Source: Eledone cirrhosa
Taxonomy: Eukaryota
Reading direction: 5' to 3'
Assembly: GCA_964016885.1 (NCBI GenBank)
Contig: OZ024740.1
Location: 411,618,001-411,682,000, forward strand
Length of the DNA stretch: 64,000 nucleotides
Shown here piece after piece: positions 23,119 through 34,800 of this stretch. The number at the start of each line of letters is the position of its first letter. Position 1 is the first letter of the stretch. The position numbers and the translations under genes are program-made. The notes beneath the pieces are model-generated. The model was given only the letters and a program-made list of their open reading frames with translations. It searched no databases and was not told the DNA's origin.

Positions 23119-25215
23119 TCACTTGATCGTCTGGTGAAGGGACGTTGAATCGTCCCTTCGGCTGGTCGTCGGCTCTTCTATGAGAATGTCTGAATATACT
23201 CTTCGATTGATAGTTCCTCCTAGCTCCCTGAAATCACCAACTGCGTTGGGGAATTTCGTTTTAATGTTTGTGTATTGCGTCTGTGCTATTTTTAGCAGTC
23301 TTATGTTAGTTGGCGTTTTGATTGGTCCTGGCATTATGTAGTCGTATTGTGAAATGTCTGTGTGTTCAATTCCGTAAGTCATTAGTTTCTTGTTGTGTGT
23401 ATTTATTGCCGTGCATTTGTTTTTCTGGGGGTGGGGTGTGGTTCTGCTATTTTCTTGTCGTTGTTGCTGGGTGTGTGTGTTTTGTTGTTGTGTTTGCGAT
23501 GTTGGTGCTTGTGGTGGTGGTGTTGAAGGTGTTGTTGGTGGTGGGGTTGTCGCCGGTGGTGATGGTGGTGCTAGTGTGGGTGGTGATGGTGTTGGTGGTG
23601 TTGCTGCTGTGGGTCTCTTTGCAGTAGACTTTACCCTTTTCTCATTTCTTTCCTCCCTTTTCAAAGGCGACGATGCGCTGCTTCTGCGTTTGTGCCTTCT
23701 TACGACCTTTTGCCATCCCTCTCCCACCTCACACTCCATGTCTGATTCTGTGAGGTCGGGGAGGGGTACCAGCTCCACTCTTTCACTTGTTGTTGTTGGT
23801 GATGTTTGCACTGGAGTCTCTGTTGCAGCTGCATTTGGTATTGCTGTTGTTGTTGTTAATATTTCCACTGCTGCTGCTGTTTTTGATTTCCGTGGCGTGG
23901 GTATGGGTGCCACGGACCTATCGTTCCTGGTTGCCGCTTGTCCTCTTGCTGGTAGCCGTGGAGCCGGTTTCGGAAGGAGGGGGGTTTTCTCCTTTCTCAG
24001 GGTCTTCTCGTTGCAGAAGGCCCTGAGGTGAGTCTTCGATCCACAGCGAAAGCATTTCGGGCGTTTTCCCTCAAAACTTATGGGCAGTTGAGTGCCGTTA
24101 TCGAAGTCTATCACATCCGAGATAGCTTCGATGCACTCCTGGTTGGTTTGGATTAGCATCTCAATGGAGGTGCCGACCCAATCTTCTCTTACTTTTTTTT
24201 GTACTTGTAGTACAGTTGTTTTGTCCTCGATTCCGACGAGGACAGACGCGGCCAGCCAAGAAGGGGCCATCCCGGGGGGGGGGGGGGGGGTCAGTTTGAC
24301 CCTCACAATTTTTTGCCCGCAGTAGGAGGGCACAAACACCATTTCCTCGCTCCTTAGGGTCACTACGGATCGGGCCTTTGCCTCCTGGGGTGTGGCAAAA
24401 AGTACGTCTACGGTGGCATATTTTTTGCCTCGGGTTATGTGCGTATTCCGCTGCCACACAGACCCCAAGGCTTTTCGTATTTGAGCCTCTGTGGCTCTTT
24501 CCACCCTACGGGATTTTGTACTTGCTGTATGGTACGTGACCGTACAGTGCTGTTGGGTTTCGAAAATTTTTTCTGCTGCCTTGCAGATTGCTCGGTGTCC
24601 AGTCTTTGTCACCATCTTCTTCGCTTCCTCTAATTCCTCATTTGTTATGAGGATTGTTTCCAAGTTTTTCGCAATACCTGCAAATGAGATTGGTTTTTCT
24701 TTGCTGTTGTTGTTGTTGTCGTCAGAGCTGCTGTTACTTTTGTTGTTGCTGCAGGTACTACGACTACTACCTCCGCCGCTGTTGCTGTGGTTGTTGTTGG
24801 TGTTGCTGCTGCTAATGCTGTTGTTGTTTATGCTGCTGGTGATGCTGTTGCGGCTGCTACTTTTGTTTTCATTGTCACTATTGCTGTTGTTATTACGGCT
24901 GCTACTGCTATTATTCCTGACGTCAGACGAATGAACTGGGTTTTCGTATTTCCCGCACACCTCTTTCGTCGCTGTCGTCGTCGTCGTGGAGAAATCTTGC
25001 ACGCTTTGCACGAGACTTTTCTTTTCTTTCGTCGCTTGCGAAAGAGAAGGGAGGGAGAGAGACACATTTATATAAGGGAGGGAGAGAGACAATCTTCTCT
25101 CTGCTGTAGTGATGATTGAGGAAGAAGAAGACGGAATGAGTGGGAGTGACCTATGAAATTTCTTTTTCGTAGCCATGTTGTTTTTTTTTTTGTTTAAAAT
25201 AAATATTGGGTACAA
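23119..25215 (-). CDS. L1/Tx1 ORF1 protein (zinc knuckle)
   Basis: 698-aa open frame with CFRCGSKTHLRAFC and Ser/Asn- and Pro/Thr-rich linkers. True start is probably the internal MATKKK. Confidence 0.85.
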   Translation of the reverse strand: MYPIFILNKKKNNMATKKKFHRSLPLIPSSSSSIITTAERRLSLSLPYINVSLSLPSLSQATKEKKSLVQSVQDFSTTTTTATKEVCGKYENPVHSSDVRNNSSSSRNNNSNSDNENKSSSRNSITSSINNNSISSSNTNNNHSNSGGGSSRSTCSNNKSNSSSDDNNNNSKEKPISFAGIAKNLETILITNEELEEAKKMVTKTGHRAICKAAEKIFETQQHCTVTYHTASTKSRRVERATEAQIRKALGSVWQRNTHITRGKKYATVDVLFATPQEAKARSVVTLRSEEMVFVPSYCGQKIVRVKLTPPPPPGMAPSWLAASVLVGIEDKTTVLQVQKKVREDWVGTSIEMLIQTNQECIEAISDVIDFDNGTQLPISFEGKRPKCFRCGSKTHLRAFCNEKTLRKEKTPLLPKPAPRLPARGQAATRNDRSVAPIPTPRKSKTAAAVEILTTTTAIPNAAATETPVQTSPTTTSERVELVPLPDLTESDMECEVGEGWQKVVRRHKRRSSASSPLKREERNEKRVKSTAKRPTAATPPTPSPPTLAPPSPPATTPPPTTPSTPPPQAPTSQTQQQNTHTQQQRQENSRTTPHPQKNKCTAINTHNKKLMTYGIEHTDISQYDYIMPGPIKTPTNIRLLKIAQTQYTNIKTKFPNAVGDFRELGGTINRRVYSDILIEEPTTSRRDDSTSLHQTIK

Positions 25216-25395
25216 AACGCCAATAAGCAGTTATTTAACCCGGAAGGGCCAAATAACGGGCAGAAAGACCCCTCTCACGAGGAGGAGGGTGTTTTTGTCT
25301 ACAAGTTCGTTAAAGTTTTAAACAATTTACAATTGTTATAGTGTTCAAAATTTACAATACCTTACAGAGCCGAGCCTCCGTCAACCATAGCATTC

Positions 25396-25427
<32 letters not shown>

Positions 25428-25428
<1 letters not shown>

Positions 25429-27878
25429 CAGAAGATGCTGTTTGTACAGCTTGCGGGGAAAGAAAGAGGCAACGACTTGATCCCTGAGGCGGAACAAACT
25501 AAAACATTCTGGAGAGGAATATGGGAGCAGGATGTTAGACATAATGACCAGGCAGGGTGTATTGAGACAGTATATAGGGAGATCGGTGAGCAGGCACACC
25601 AACAAACTGATTTGAGTATCACAGTTGAAACTCTTAAGGGGCAGGCCAAAAAACTAAGCAACTGGAGATCACCAGGCCCAGATGGTGTGCTGTGGTATTG
25701 GATTAAAAATGTAACATCCCTCCACCCGAAGCTGACAACCATGTTCAATGACTGCTTGATGTCAGGTGAGGTACCAGAGTGGTTGACAAAAGGTACCACA
25801 GTTCTGATAATGAAAGACCGAATCAAGGGTAATGATGTTACCAACTATAGACCTATCACATGTCTGTCCGTAATGTGGAAACTGTTGACGAGTATTGTGT
25901 CTGAGGAAATCTACCATCACCTCCCCACAAACAACTTGTTACCGGACGAACAGAAAGGATGCCGAAAGAAGTCACGTGGTACAAAGGACCAGTTACTTAT
26001 TGATAAGATGGTAATGGGGAATTGCAGGAAGAGACACACTGATCTTGCCATGGGATGGATAGACTACAGAAAGGCATTTGACATGGTGCCTCATTATTGG
26101 ATCACCAACAGCCTGGAGATCTTCAAGGTGGCAGATAACATCAGACAGTTGCTGGGCAGGAGTATGAGGTCCTGGGAAACAGAGTTGACATCAACTGGAG
26201 AATCCTTGGGAAGCGTGAAGATCAAGAGAGGTATCTTCCAGGGAGATAGCCTGTCCCCTCGGTTCTTTGTCCTTGCCCTGATGCCCCTGACCATTATGCT
26301 GCGAAAAGTGAGAGCAGGATACAAGTTGGGAAAGGGAGAGCTTACCATCAATCACCTCCTCTTCATGGACGATCATATGCTCTTCGGGAAGAGTGAGAAG
26401 GAGTTGGATGTGCTTGTTGACACTGTCCGTATTTTCAGCAGTGATATATGTATGCAGTTTTGTATTAGTAAGTGTGGAGTCATTGTGATGAGGAGGGGTA
26501 GGTTGAGCAGAAGTAACGGAATCCAGATACCAACAGGTGAGATGATAAAGGAAATTGACTCTGAGGAAGGAAACAAGTATTTGGGCGTTCTGGAGGCTGA
26601 TGGCATAAAGAACAAAAAAAATAAAGGAATTGTTAAGAACTGAATACATTCGGAGAGTAAGGAGCGTATTGAAGTCACATCTGAACAGCAGAAATGCCAT
26701 AAGCGCAGTAAATTCCCGAGCTGTGTCTATTATTAGGTACAGTGCGGGAATTCTGAGATGGAATGTTACTGAACAAAAAGAAATGGATAGGAAGACTAGG
26801 AAGCTTGACTATCTACAACATGTTCCACAAGAGGAGTGATGTCGATAGACTCTACCTAAGGAGATCTGAGGGTGGAAGAGGTCTTATCAGCATAGAGGAC
26901 TGTGTTCAGATGGAGAAAAGCAACCTACACAAATACGTGGCTGATAGTAAGGAGCCAATGCTCAGAACTGTACTGAAGGAGGGGACAATAGGCCAGGGGA
27001 TGTCCAAGGAGGAAATAACATCAAGGAGAATGAGCAGCCTTCAGCGAAAATCCCTTCATAGTACCTTCTTTGAGAAAACTGAATTTAGAGATCCACAGAC
27101 ATGGAACTGGTTGAACAAAGGAGACCTTAAAAAGGCTACAGAAGGAATGCTAATGGCTGCGCAAGAGCAGGCCCTCAAAACGAAGTGGCTGAAACACCAT
27201 ATTTACAAGGAGGAGGCTAGCCCACTGTGTAGGATCTGTTGAGAGAGAGAGAGGAGACTGTGGCTCACATTGTATCCGAGTGTCAACACCAAGCCCAGAC
27301 TCACTATAAAGGCTGGAGACATAATGTGATGGGCAGGGTGATCCACTGGCACCTATGCAAAGTAAACAATTTACCACATTCTGAGAAGTGGTATGAGCAT
27401 AAACCAGAGTCGGTGATAGAAAACGATCAGGTGAAGGTGCTGTGGGATTTTAGGATACAGACGGACAAGAAACTGGAACACAATAGACCTGACCTGATGG
27501 CTTTGGACAAGGAGAAAAGATCGTGCCTGATTGTGGATGTGGCCTGCCCATTCGACACGAGAGTGCAAGAGAAGGAGAGGGAGAAAATTAACCGATACCA
27601 GGACTTAAAGTGGGAGGTAAAAAGGATTTGGAACTCCCATGAAGTCAATGTGGTCCCGATTGTCATAGGCGCACTAGGTACTATCTCAAAGAGTTTCCAC
27701 GGATGGTTAAAGAAAGTTGGCCCCGCCCCGCTTTTTGGAACACTTCAAAAGGCATGCTTGCTGGGAACAGCAAGAACCCTCCGATACGTCCTGAATATCT
27801 GAGGCTGCAGGTAGTGGCTTGATATTCATATTCAACAAACTTTCCAGTTAACTAACATCAATGACTGAGACTCAAAGA
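25428..27878 (+). mobile_element. 5'-truncated R4/Dong-clade LINE (RT + CCHC + restriction-like endonuclease), disrupted
   Basis: SPGPDG, YRPITCL, DYRKAFD, GIFQGDSLSP, FMDD, then CRIC..H..C, RHN, RPD..D..EK..Y and VIGALG. (AAT)n on both sides. Confidence 0.92.
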
Positions 27879-27908
27879 ATAATAATAATAATAATAATAA
27901 AAATAATG

Positions 27909-30900
27909 ATTTCATTCATTAGCCACAAGGGCCGACATGTAGGTGACAATACAAAAACAGGGACAGTGGCGGTTTACAATAAGGTCGAGTAAAAGTGCAC
28001 AATGGCATGACTAATTTAACAATGAAGATATAAAAAATATAAAATAAACTATGCATAAATATAACAAAATATATTCGCCCATAGGGGCTGGACGACCCTG
28101 GGGTGACTCGGGTACCCCACCAATCCTGAACCACCATGCGCTTCTGGGGCACCCAGGGAGAGCACCTCTCTCCTCAAGTTAGCTAGCCTATAGGCGTATG
28201 GTCAGAGTAGGCCCATTAACACGGGCCATTCTCGCCACATTAACCCACCTTTTAGCATATATACTGGGGGTAGCACTTCTCTCTCCACCCTCACCATCCT
28301 TTCCAGGCGAAACTTGAATAAGTTCATGAGGGATTGGCCGAAGACACAAGTGTCCACCATATAACATCTTTCGCAACTGCCACCAGACAGAGGAAAATTT
28401 CCTGCTCTTCCTGACCTAAGGAAGGCGGCGAGTCGATCTTTACTATGGACTCGGCCGAAAGCCGGATTCGTTCCACACGCGACAGTAGTTGTTCGACATA
28501 AATCTACAAGTCAGTAATGCACGGACATTGGACAAGTGCGGGCAGAACGGTTTCGTCGTTCTGTGCGCATCTTGGGCAGGTCCGTCTGACATCACTTCCG
28601 TGCCTGTAGATTTTATCCCGAACCGGCAGTGACCCCGGGTAGCACTGCCAAACAAGGTATTTCTGGAAATTGTCCATCGTCCCCGGCTCAAAATCCTCCG
28701 CTACAGACGGGTCAGCTCAACCTCGTCGAGGCCCAAGGCTTCTCCGAGTGCGTCATCGCACTTTCCCACCACTAATCCTCTATAGAACTCGAGAGTGGAA
28801 GTTCCACTGATCGCATTGTTCGCATAGTAGAGGGCAGTGAGTAGCTGGCAACATTCCAGGTGCCAGTGACCCAGTCTGGGTCTCTTCTTGACCCAGGACT
28901 GCAGCTCAGTCAAAGAAATGAGCTGCGGAAAGTCCCGTCTGATAAACGGCGACCACACCTGTTCACCGTTTAGGCAGAATATCTGGAGATGTCGTTGCCT
29001 CAACGCATGTCTGCGCATCATTAGCCACGACATGCCCAGCCCTTCGCGTAGAGGGTGCTGGCAGCAGATGGACCGCCTCACCAACGGAACTTGTCCCCTC
29101 CACAAGAATTTGAAGAGGAACCGTTCCAACTTGACGAGGCGCGGACGCGGGCAAGGCACGACGGTCAGGCGGTAGTAGATGACGGACGCGATATACGCAT
29201 TCGCCACCTCCGCGCGACCTTTCAGTGATAGCTTCATCTCAGCCCATTTTTGGGTGAGACTGGCTACTCTGCTCGTTACCTCGTCCCAATTCTCTTCCAC
29301 CTGGAGGTCTGGTCCGAACCAAACCCCGAGCAACTTTATCGGTCCGTCCGTCCAGCACCCCACGACGCCGTTGGACGGCATGGGCTTGCCTATCCAGGTT
29401 CCGAGCTGCAAGCCCATCGACTTTTCCGGGTTAAGTTTGGCTCCTGTCAACCTTTCATATTCCTTCAATAAGGTGCCGACCACCTCTATTTCTGAGGTGT
29501 TCGACACCATCACGGTGATGTGGTCCGTATAAGCCAACACCGCCTTTCCACGTCCCGGTTCGAACGGGATACCCTGCAACATTTCCAGTTTCCGCAGTAA
29601 AGGCTCGAGAGTCAATACGTGCAGAAGGGAAGAGAGAGGGCAGCCTTGGCGGACCGATCGGGAGAGCCGAAATGGTTCCGAGAGGTGGCCATTAACCTTG
29701 ACCACTGAGCGTGTGCATCCCTGAAGACAGGGCCGAAGCCAGCTGCTTTGAGGACAAACTTGATGGTCGACCCTATCGAATGCTTTCGATTGATCTAAAT
29801 TGATCAGAGCCCCACCGAAGCCCCGTTTACACCCTACTCTCTCTATGATGTATCGCATGAGGTGGAGATTCTCGTGTATGGACCTGGCTGGGATTGCGCA
29901 AGTTTGCGCCTCCCCAACCAAATCCACGTCGACAAGCGCCAATCTCTTTGCTAACACCTTGGCCAAAATCTTAAACTCTGTGTTGAGCAGAGTTATGGGC
30001 CTGAAGTTGTCTAATGTATCCCTCTTGTTCTCGTATTTCCTTATCATCGTCACTACTCTCCTGGTCACAGAATTGGGAATACTACCATTCTGTTGCCAGT
30101 TGTAGTAGAGTGCTTCGAGGAGATCGGAGAACAAATCTGGCATATTTACGTAAAGCTCTTAGGGCAGGCCATCCAAACCGACAAGGGCGTCCTGAATTTC
30201 GGGTGAAGTAATCGGCCTTTCGCAGCGCTCAGCGTCGACCGTCGAGATGCGCGGCAAGCCGTCAAGGTAGGGACTGAAATCTGCTACTCTCTCTGACTCG
30301 CCACTCTCCCCGAACAACCGAGCAAAGTGCGTGCTGGCGAAAGGGGTCACACATCCGCTTGGAATCGCTTAACTCGTGTCCGTATCGGTTCGCCAAAGAC
30401 CAAATTGTGGTTTTTATTACCACGCTGCGACTCCGGCACGCGGATCCATCGAACAGCTTTGGTTCCCTCGTTTCTCAGCGCACGCGCCTTAGCTCTGACA
30501 ATGCGACCTTCGTGTTTCGCATTGAAGAAATGGTCTAATGCCATTCTCGCCGCTAGCACGTCAGTTGCAATGCCATTACAAATAACTTATCTACCAGCTC
30601 CCCCTCCTTTCTATTTTTCTCTAACGCTAGTTCTTTGCTGAATCTATCGAAGTTACTCTAATCTCTCTTTTGAGAGCCCCCACCATCTGTTGTTGATGAT
30701 CCCCCCCTGTCAACTTTTGCATAACTAAATTGTTGACTCGGTCCCTGTAAGCTTTACGTGCCGGAAATGACATGTTCAGCTTCCAGTAACCCGGTCCCAA
30801 CCTACGCGTTTTATCTAGGTCGACCATACAGATCACAAATGTGTGATCTAAATAGGCGACCGTTTTAAAAAGTGGGCAGCCTACACTATTTCTATCTATT

Positions 30901-33794
30901 TTCCTAATGAAGATCCTGTCTATATACGATCTAGATGACCCTATTCGGTTGGTCTATGTCAATACTGGCACATTGGGGAAATCTAGTCGATACCTGTCAG
31001 ACAGTTGGAACTAGCTGAGTAGGTGCTTGAGGCTTTTGCACCCCCCGCTCCTATCAGCTATCCCCACACACTCCCAGCGTGCGTCTAAGATGCCATTCCA
31101 GTCCCCCGCTAACAGTAAAGGGCGAAACGTACGCAGAAAGGTCTCCAGGCGCCTAAAGAAGTCCAGTGGTCTGGCCCCTGTAGGGGCGTAGACGGCCAGC
31201 ATTCTAAAGGCCCGACCTTCACTACTGCTCAGATCCAAGACCACCAACTTACCGTCCGGGACCCGGAATATCGACCTTACCTCGAGATCCAGTCCTTTCT
31301 TAAACAGCACTGTCACCCCACCTCCGATTCCCGGCCTGCTAACAGATGCGAAGATCTGATAGTAGTCGAAAATGGGGGCTAGCGCGCGCGTGTCAAACAT
31401 TCTGGTCTCGCTGACGGCAATCACATCCATTTCCAGCAACCTGTGGTCGTTGAGCAGGCGACCCTGCTTCCAGAGTGACTCCAGGCCGCGAACATTTAAA
31501 CTTCCTACTCTTAATATGACGATATTGGCAAGCTAAAAGAGAGAGGGAAGGTTTACTTACCTCCCGGGTTTTGAGAAGGTCGGGTGGTTTGACCTCCATG
31601 GTTGGTGGGGTTTCTTTTGGAAACCCCTTTAAAAGTCTCGATGTGGTTTTCACATTCGGGGTTCCCACGTCCTGAGTAACACTCTCCCGAATTTCTTTGA
31701 AGGAATCGAGTTACATTCGGACCAGAAGCAAATCTTCTGGCACGCAAAATGTGATCATTTCAACCCCCCCCCCCCCGCTCTTTGAATGTCCTCGCTTCGT
31801 GCTAAGAGGGCTATCAGTTTATCCTTGGCCCTTCTGACAAGCACGAAGTTTTTAACATTTAAGAGGTGTGGTTTTATTTGTTTTGTTGACTCTGGTGGTG
31901 ATGGCTTTGGTGCTGTTGTTTCGGGTATGTCTTGGTTTGTTGTAGGTGTGGTGTCTGCAATTTCAGGTATTTGTGTGTTTATTTGTACTTGTGTTTGTTT
32001 AGGTTGTTTGTGTTTCGGGGATTGTGGGGGTGGTGTCGATGTTGCTCTTGGTGCTGATGTTATTGGGCAAGTGTTTGCGTTAGTGGTGTCTGTATATCTT
32101 GTTGTGTATGTTTTTGTGCTTTGTTGGGGCTTTTTTTGGTGAGTTTTCCCTGCTTCTTTTGCACTTTTTGGTTTTCCTTCATCTTCGCTGCTGGAAGAAA
32201 ACGGGTCTGTGGCTGTGAGTGTCTCTGTGTCTGTGTGTGCGTTTATTGTTTTGTCTATGTGTATAACTGGGGGGGGGGGTATGGGGGAATGGCAGAGATT
32301 TTCTCGTTTTCCCCTTGGATTGGTTTCGGTGTTGGTGTGGTCCGACTGTTTTTGATGTTGGTGTCCGTGTCTTTTTTGGTGTTGTTTTTGGTGGTGGTGG
32401 TGCAGCTTTCCGTGCTGAAACTGGCGTTGGTAACAAAGGAGGTTTGGGACCCCCCTGCATTTTTGCGCTGACGGCAGAAGTCTTGCAGATGCCTTGCTAA
32501 CCCGCAGAGGAAGCAGTGTGGCCTTCTCCCTCAGTGATTAGTTGGATTGTTGTCCCGTCCTGCAGGCGGGCAAAATCCGCGATGTTGTTCATGTCCTCCG
32601 GTTTCATTTGGAGAAGAATCTCCAAATCCATTCCAGACCAGTCCTCTCTCTGTCCTTTTGATATCCAGGAGGGTAGTGTCTGTCCCTCGATTACGCATCC
32701 CAGCAGCCACCATATGTTCGTTCCTGGTGGGATGCTGGGAATGCCGACCTTTACTGTAATTCTACCCATGTAGGACGGGTGCATGATAATGTGTTCCGTT
32801 CTGAAGGGGGTCACAGAATGCTTAATAGCAAGGGCCTCGGTTTTGAACAGTACCGAGATGGTACCGAACTGTTTGTCTCTTGCTTTATACTCTATGTTAC
32901 TTCCAATGTACTCCAAAGCAGCCTCGACCTCTGCTTGGCTGGCAAGTTACACTTTTCGTGTCTGCACGGACATGCATCAAAAGTACACTGTCCTCCTTTG
33001 CATGGCCGCTATTGCCTCGTCCGGGATGGTCAGGTTTGCCCAGGACTTCTCCCGTTTAATTAGGCTCCACGCTTGGGCCAACTATTCGTCTTTATCGCTA
33101 ATATCAATATCAATATTCAATAAGCGCTTTGTTTTTGCTGCTGCTGCAGCAAATGTGGTGCTTCTGATGCTCTTGTTGTTGGTGTTGTAGTTCTTGCTGT
33201 TGTTATTGGTGTTGTTGTTGTTGTTGTTGTTTTGTTTGTTGATGCTGTTGCCACCGCCATCCGTCTTTAAATTGAAGCTGTCGGTGTTATTGCTCTGAGT
33301 TGTTGTTGTTGTGGTGGTGGTGGTGGCGGTGGCGGCGGCGGCGGCGATGGTGGTGATGTCGTTTTCAGATGATACTGCTGCTATCACAGAAGGTTGTGAT
33401 GGTAGCTCTTGAGTTTTGGCTTCACATTCAGTAGAGAGGACGACAGGCATGACTGTAGCCGTCGTAGTCGTGGTGAAATCTACAATGGCAGCCTTAAAAC
33501 TTTTGACCTGAACGTTGTTTACCGTTTCAAGCTCGAAAATTTCCATTTTTTTTTTATTGTGGGGAAACGATTTTTTTCGAAGTTTTTAAAAAATAAAACT
33601 GAATATTCGGGCTTAAAGCCCGAATATTGAGAGGTATCCGAATATTGAGAGGTATCCCTCTCTTTAAATCAAGATGTGTACCTTAAGTTTCGTTAACGAC
33701 AAGAAAATATAACAAAAATGACACTTTAAAACAGCTTAAAATTACGAACCTTTTCCCCCGCAGATTTGTACTGTCTTCACACATGTGCGTCCAT
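27909..33794 (-). mobile_element. Full-length decayed L1/Tx1 element (family c) between AAT-rich tracts
   Basis: ORF1 pieces 33546-31553; endonuclease 31011..31439; RT 28701..30143 (QGCPLS, YTDH in place of YADD); 3' end cccttgtggctaatgaatgaaatc. Confidence 0.93.
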
Positions 33795-33828
33795 AATAAC
33801 AATAATAATAACAATAATAAAATTAATT

Positions 33829-34176
33829 GGTTTTGGACAAGATCGTGCTTAATTGTAAACGAGAGTGCAAGAAAAGGAGAGGGAGAAAATTAACCGATAC
33901 CAGGACTTAAATTGGGAGGTAAAAAGGATTTGGAACTGCCATGAAGTCAGAGTCATCCGATTGTCATAGGCGCACTAGGTACTATCTCAAAGAGTTTCCA
34001 AGGATGGGTAAAGAAAATTAGTCCAGCCCCGCTATTTGGAACACTTCAAAATGCATGCTCGCTGGGAACAGCAAGAACCCTCCGATACGTCCTGAATATC
34101 TGAGGTTGCAGGTAGCGGCTTGATATTCATTTCAACAAACTTTCCAGTTAAATAACATCAATGTCTGAGACTCAAA

Positions 34177-34178
<2 letters not shown>
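33829..34178 (+). mobile_element. R4/Dong LINE 3' fragment followed by (AAT)n
   Basis: Close match to about 27500-27878; (AAT)n at 34179-34249. Confidence 0.92.
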
Positions 34179-34250
<72 letters not shown>

Positions 34251-34278
34251 TATATATATACATTTATATTTAATGTAT

Positions 34279-34332
<54 letters not shown>

Positions 34333-34490
34333 ATATATATATATATATTAGAAAGTGAGGTTTTTTTTACAAAATGAAAAATAACCGACGTGTCCTACAC
34401 GAGTGGAAGTATAAAGAAAAAGGGATGAAATCGAAAATGCAACTGAAGTCTTATTTTTTTTTTTTTTTAAATAAATATATTTATTTGGTT

Positions 34491-34528
34491 CCTTTACCGG
34501 TTTCGCAGTTCTTCTGCTTTTCAAAAGG
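34491..34528 (-). ncRNA. Minimal type I hammerhead, U3-A8 core variant (mirror copy)
   Basis: Reverse complement of 34599-34636. Confidence 0.72.
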
Positions 34529-34598
34529 TGAGTTGAGATGGAGGGTCTGTGGTTTTTCTCACATGTGAGAAAAACCACAGACCCTCCATCTCAACTCA

Positions 34599-34636
34599 CC
34601 TTTTGAAAAGCAGAAGAACTGCGAAACCGGTAAAGG
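34599..34636 (+). ncRNA. Minimal type I hammerhead, U3-A8 core variant
   Basis: cctt-TTGAAAA-gcag aagaa ctgc-GAA-ACCGGT-A-aagg. Confidence 0.72.
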
Positions 34637-34705
34637 AACCAAATAAATATATATATTTTTAAAAAAAATAAGACTTCAGTTGCATTTTCGATTTCATCCC
34701 TTTTT

Positions 34706-34772
<67 letters not shown>

Positions 34773-34800
34773 GGGGTGGGGTGGGGTGGGGTGGGGGTGC

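Larger units (their letters stand above)
19371..25395 (-). mobile_element. Full-length L1/Tx1 element (family b) between (AAT)n tracts
   Basis: ORF1 23119..25215, ORF2 pieces from 23039 to 19621, 3' end cccttgtggttaataaagaaatc. (AAT)n at 19317-19370 and 25396-25427. Confidence 0.95.
34348..34712 (-). mobile_element. (TA)n-flanked near-perfect palindrome with hammerheads (family B)
   Basis: Loop-less palindrome centred on cacatgtg (34560-34567), arms of about 150 bp, one-sided tail 34348-34410. Confidence 0.88.
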
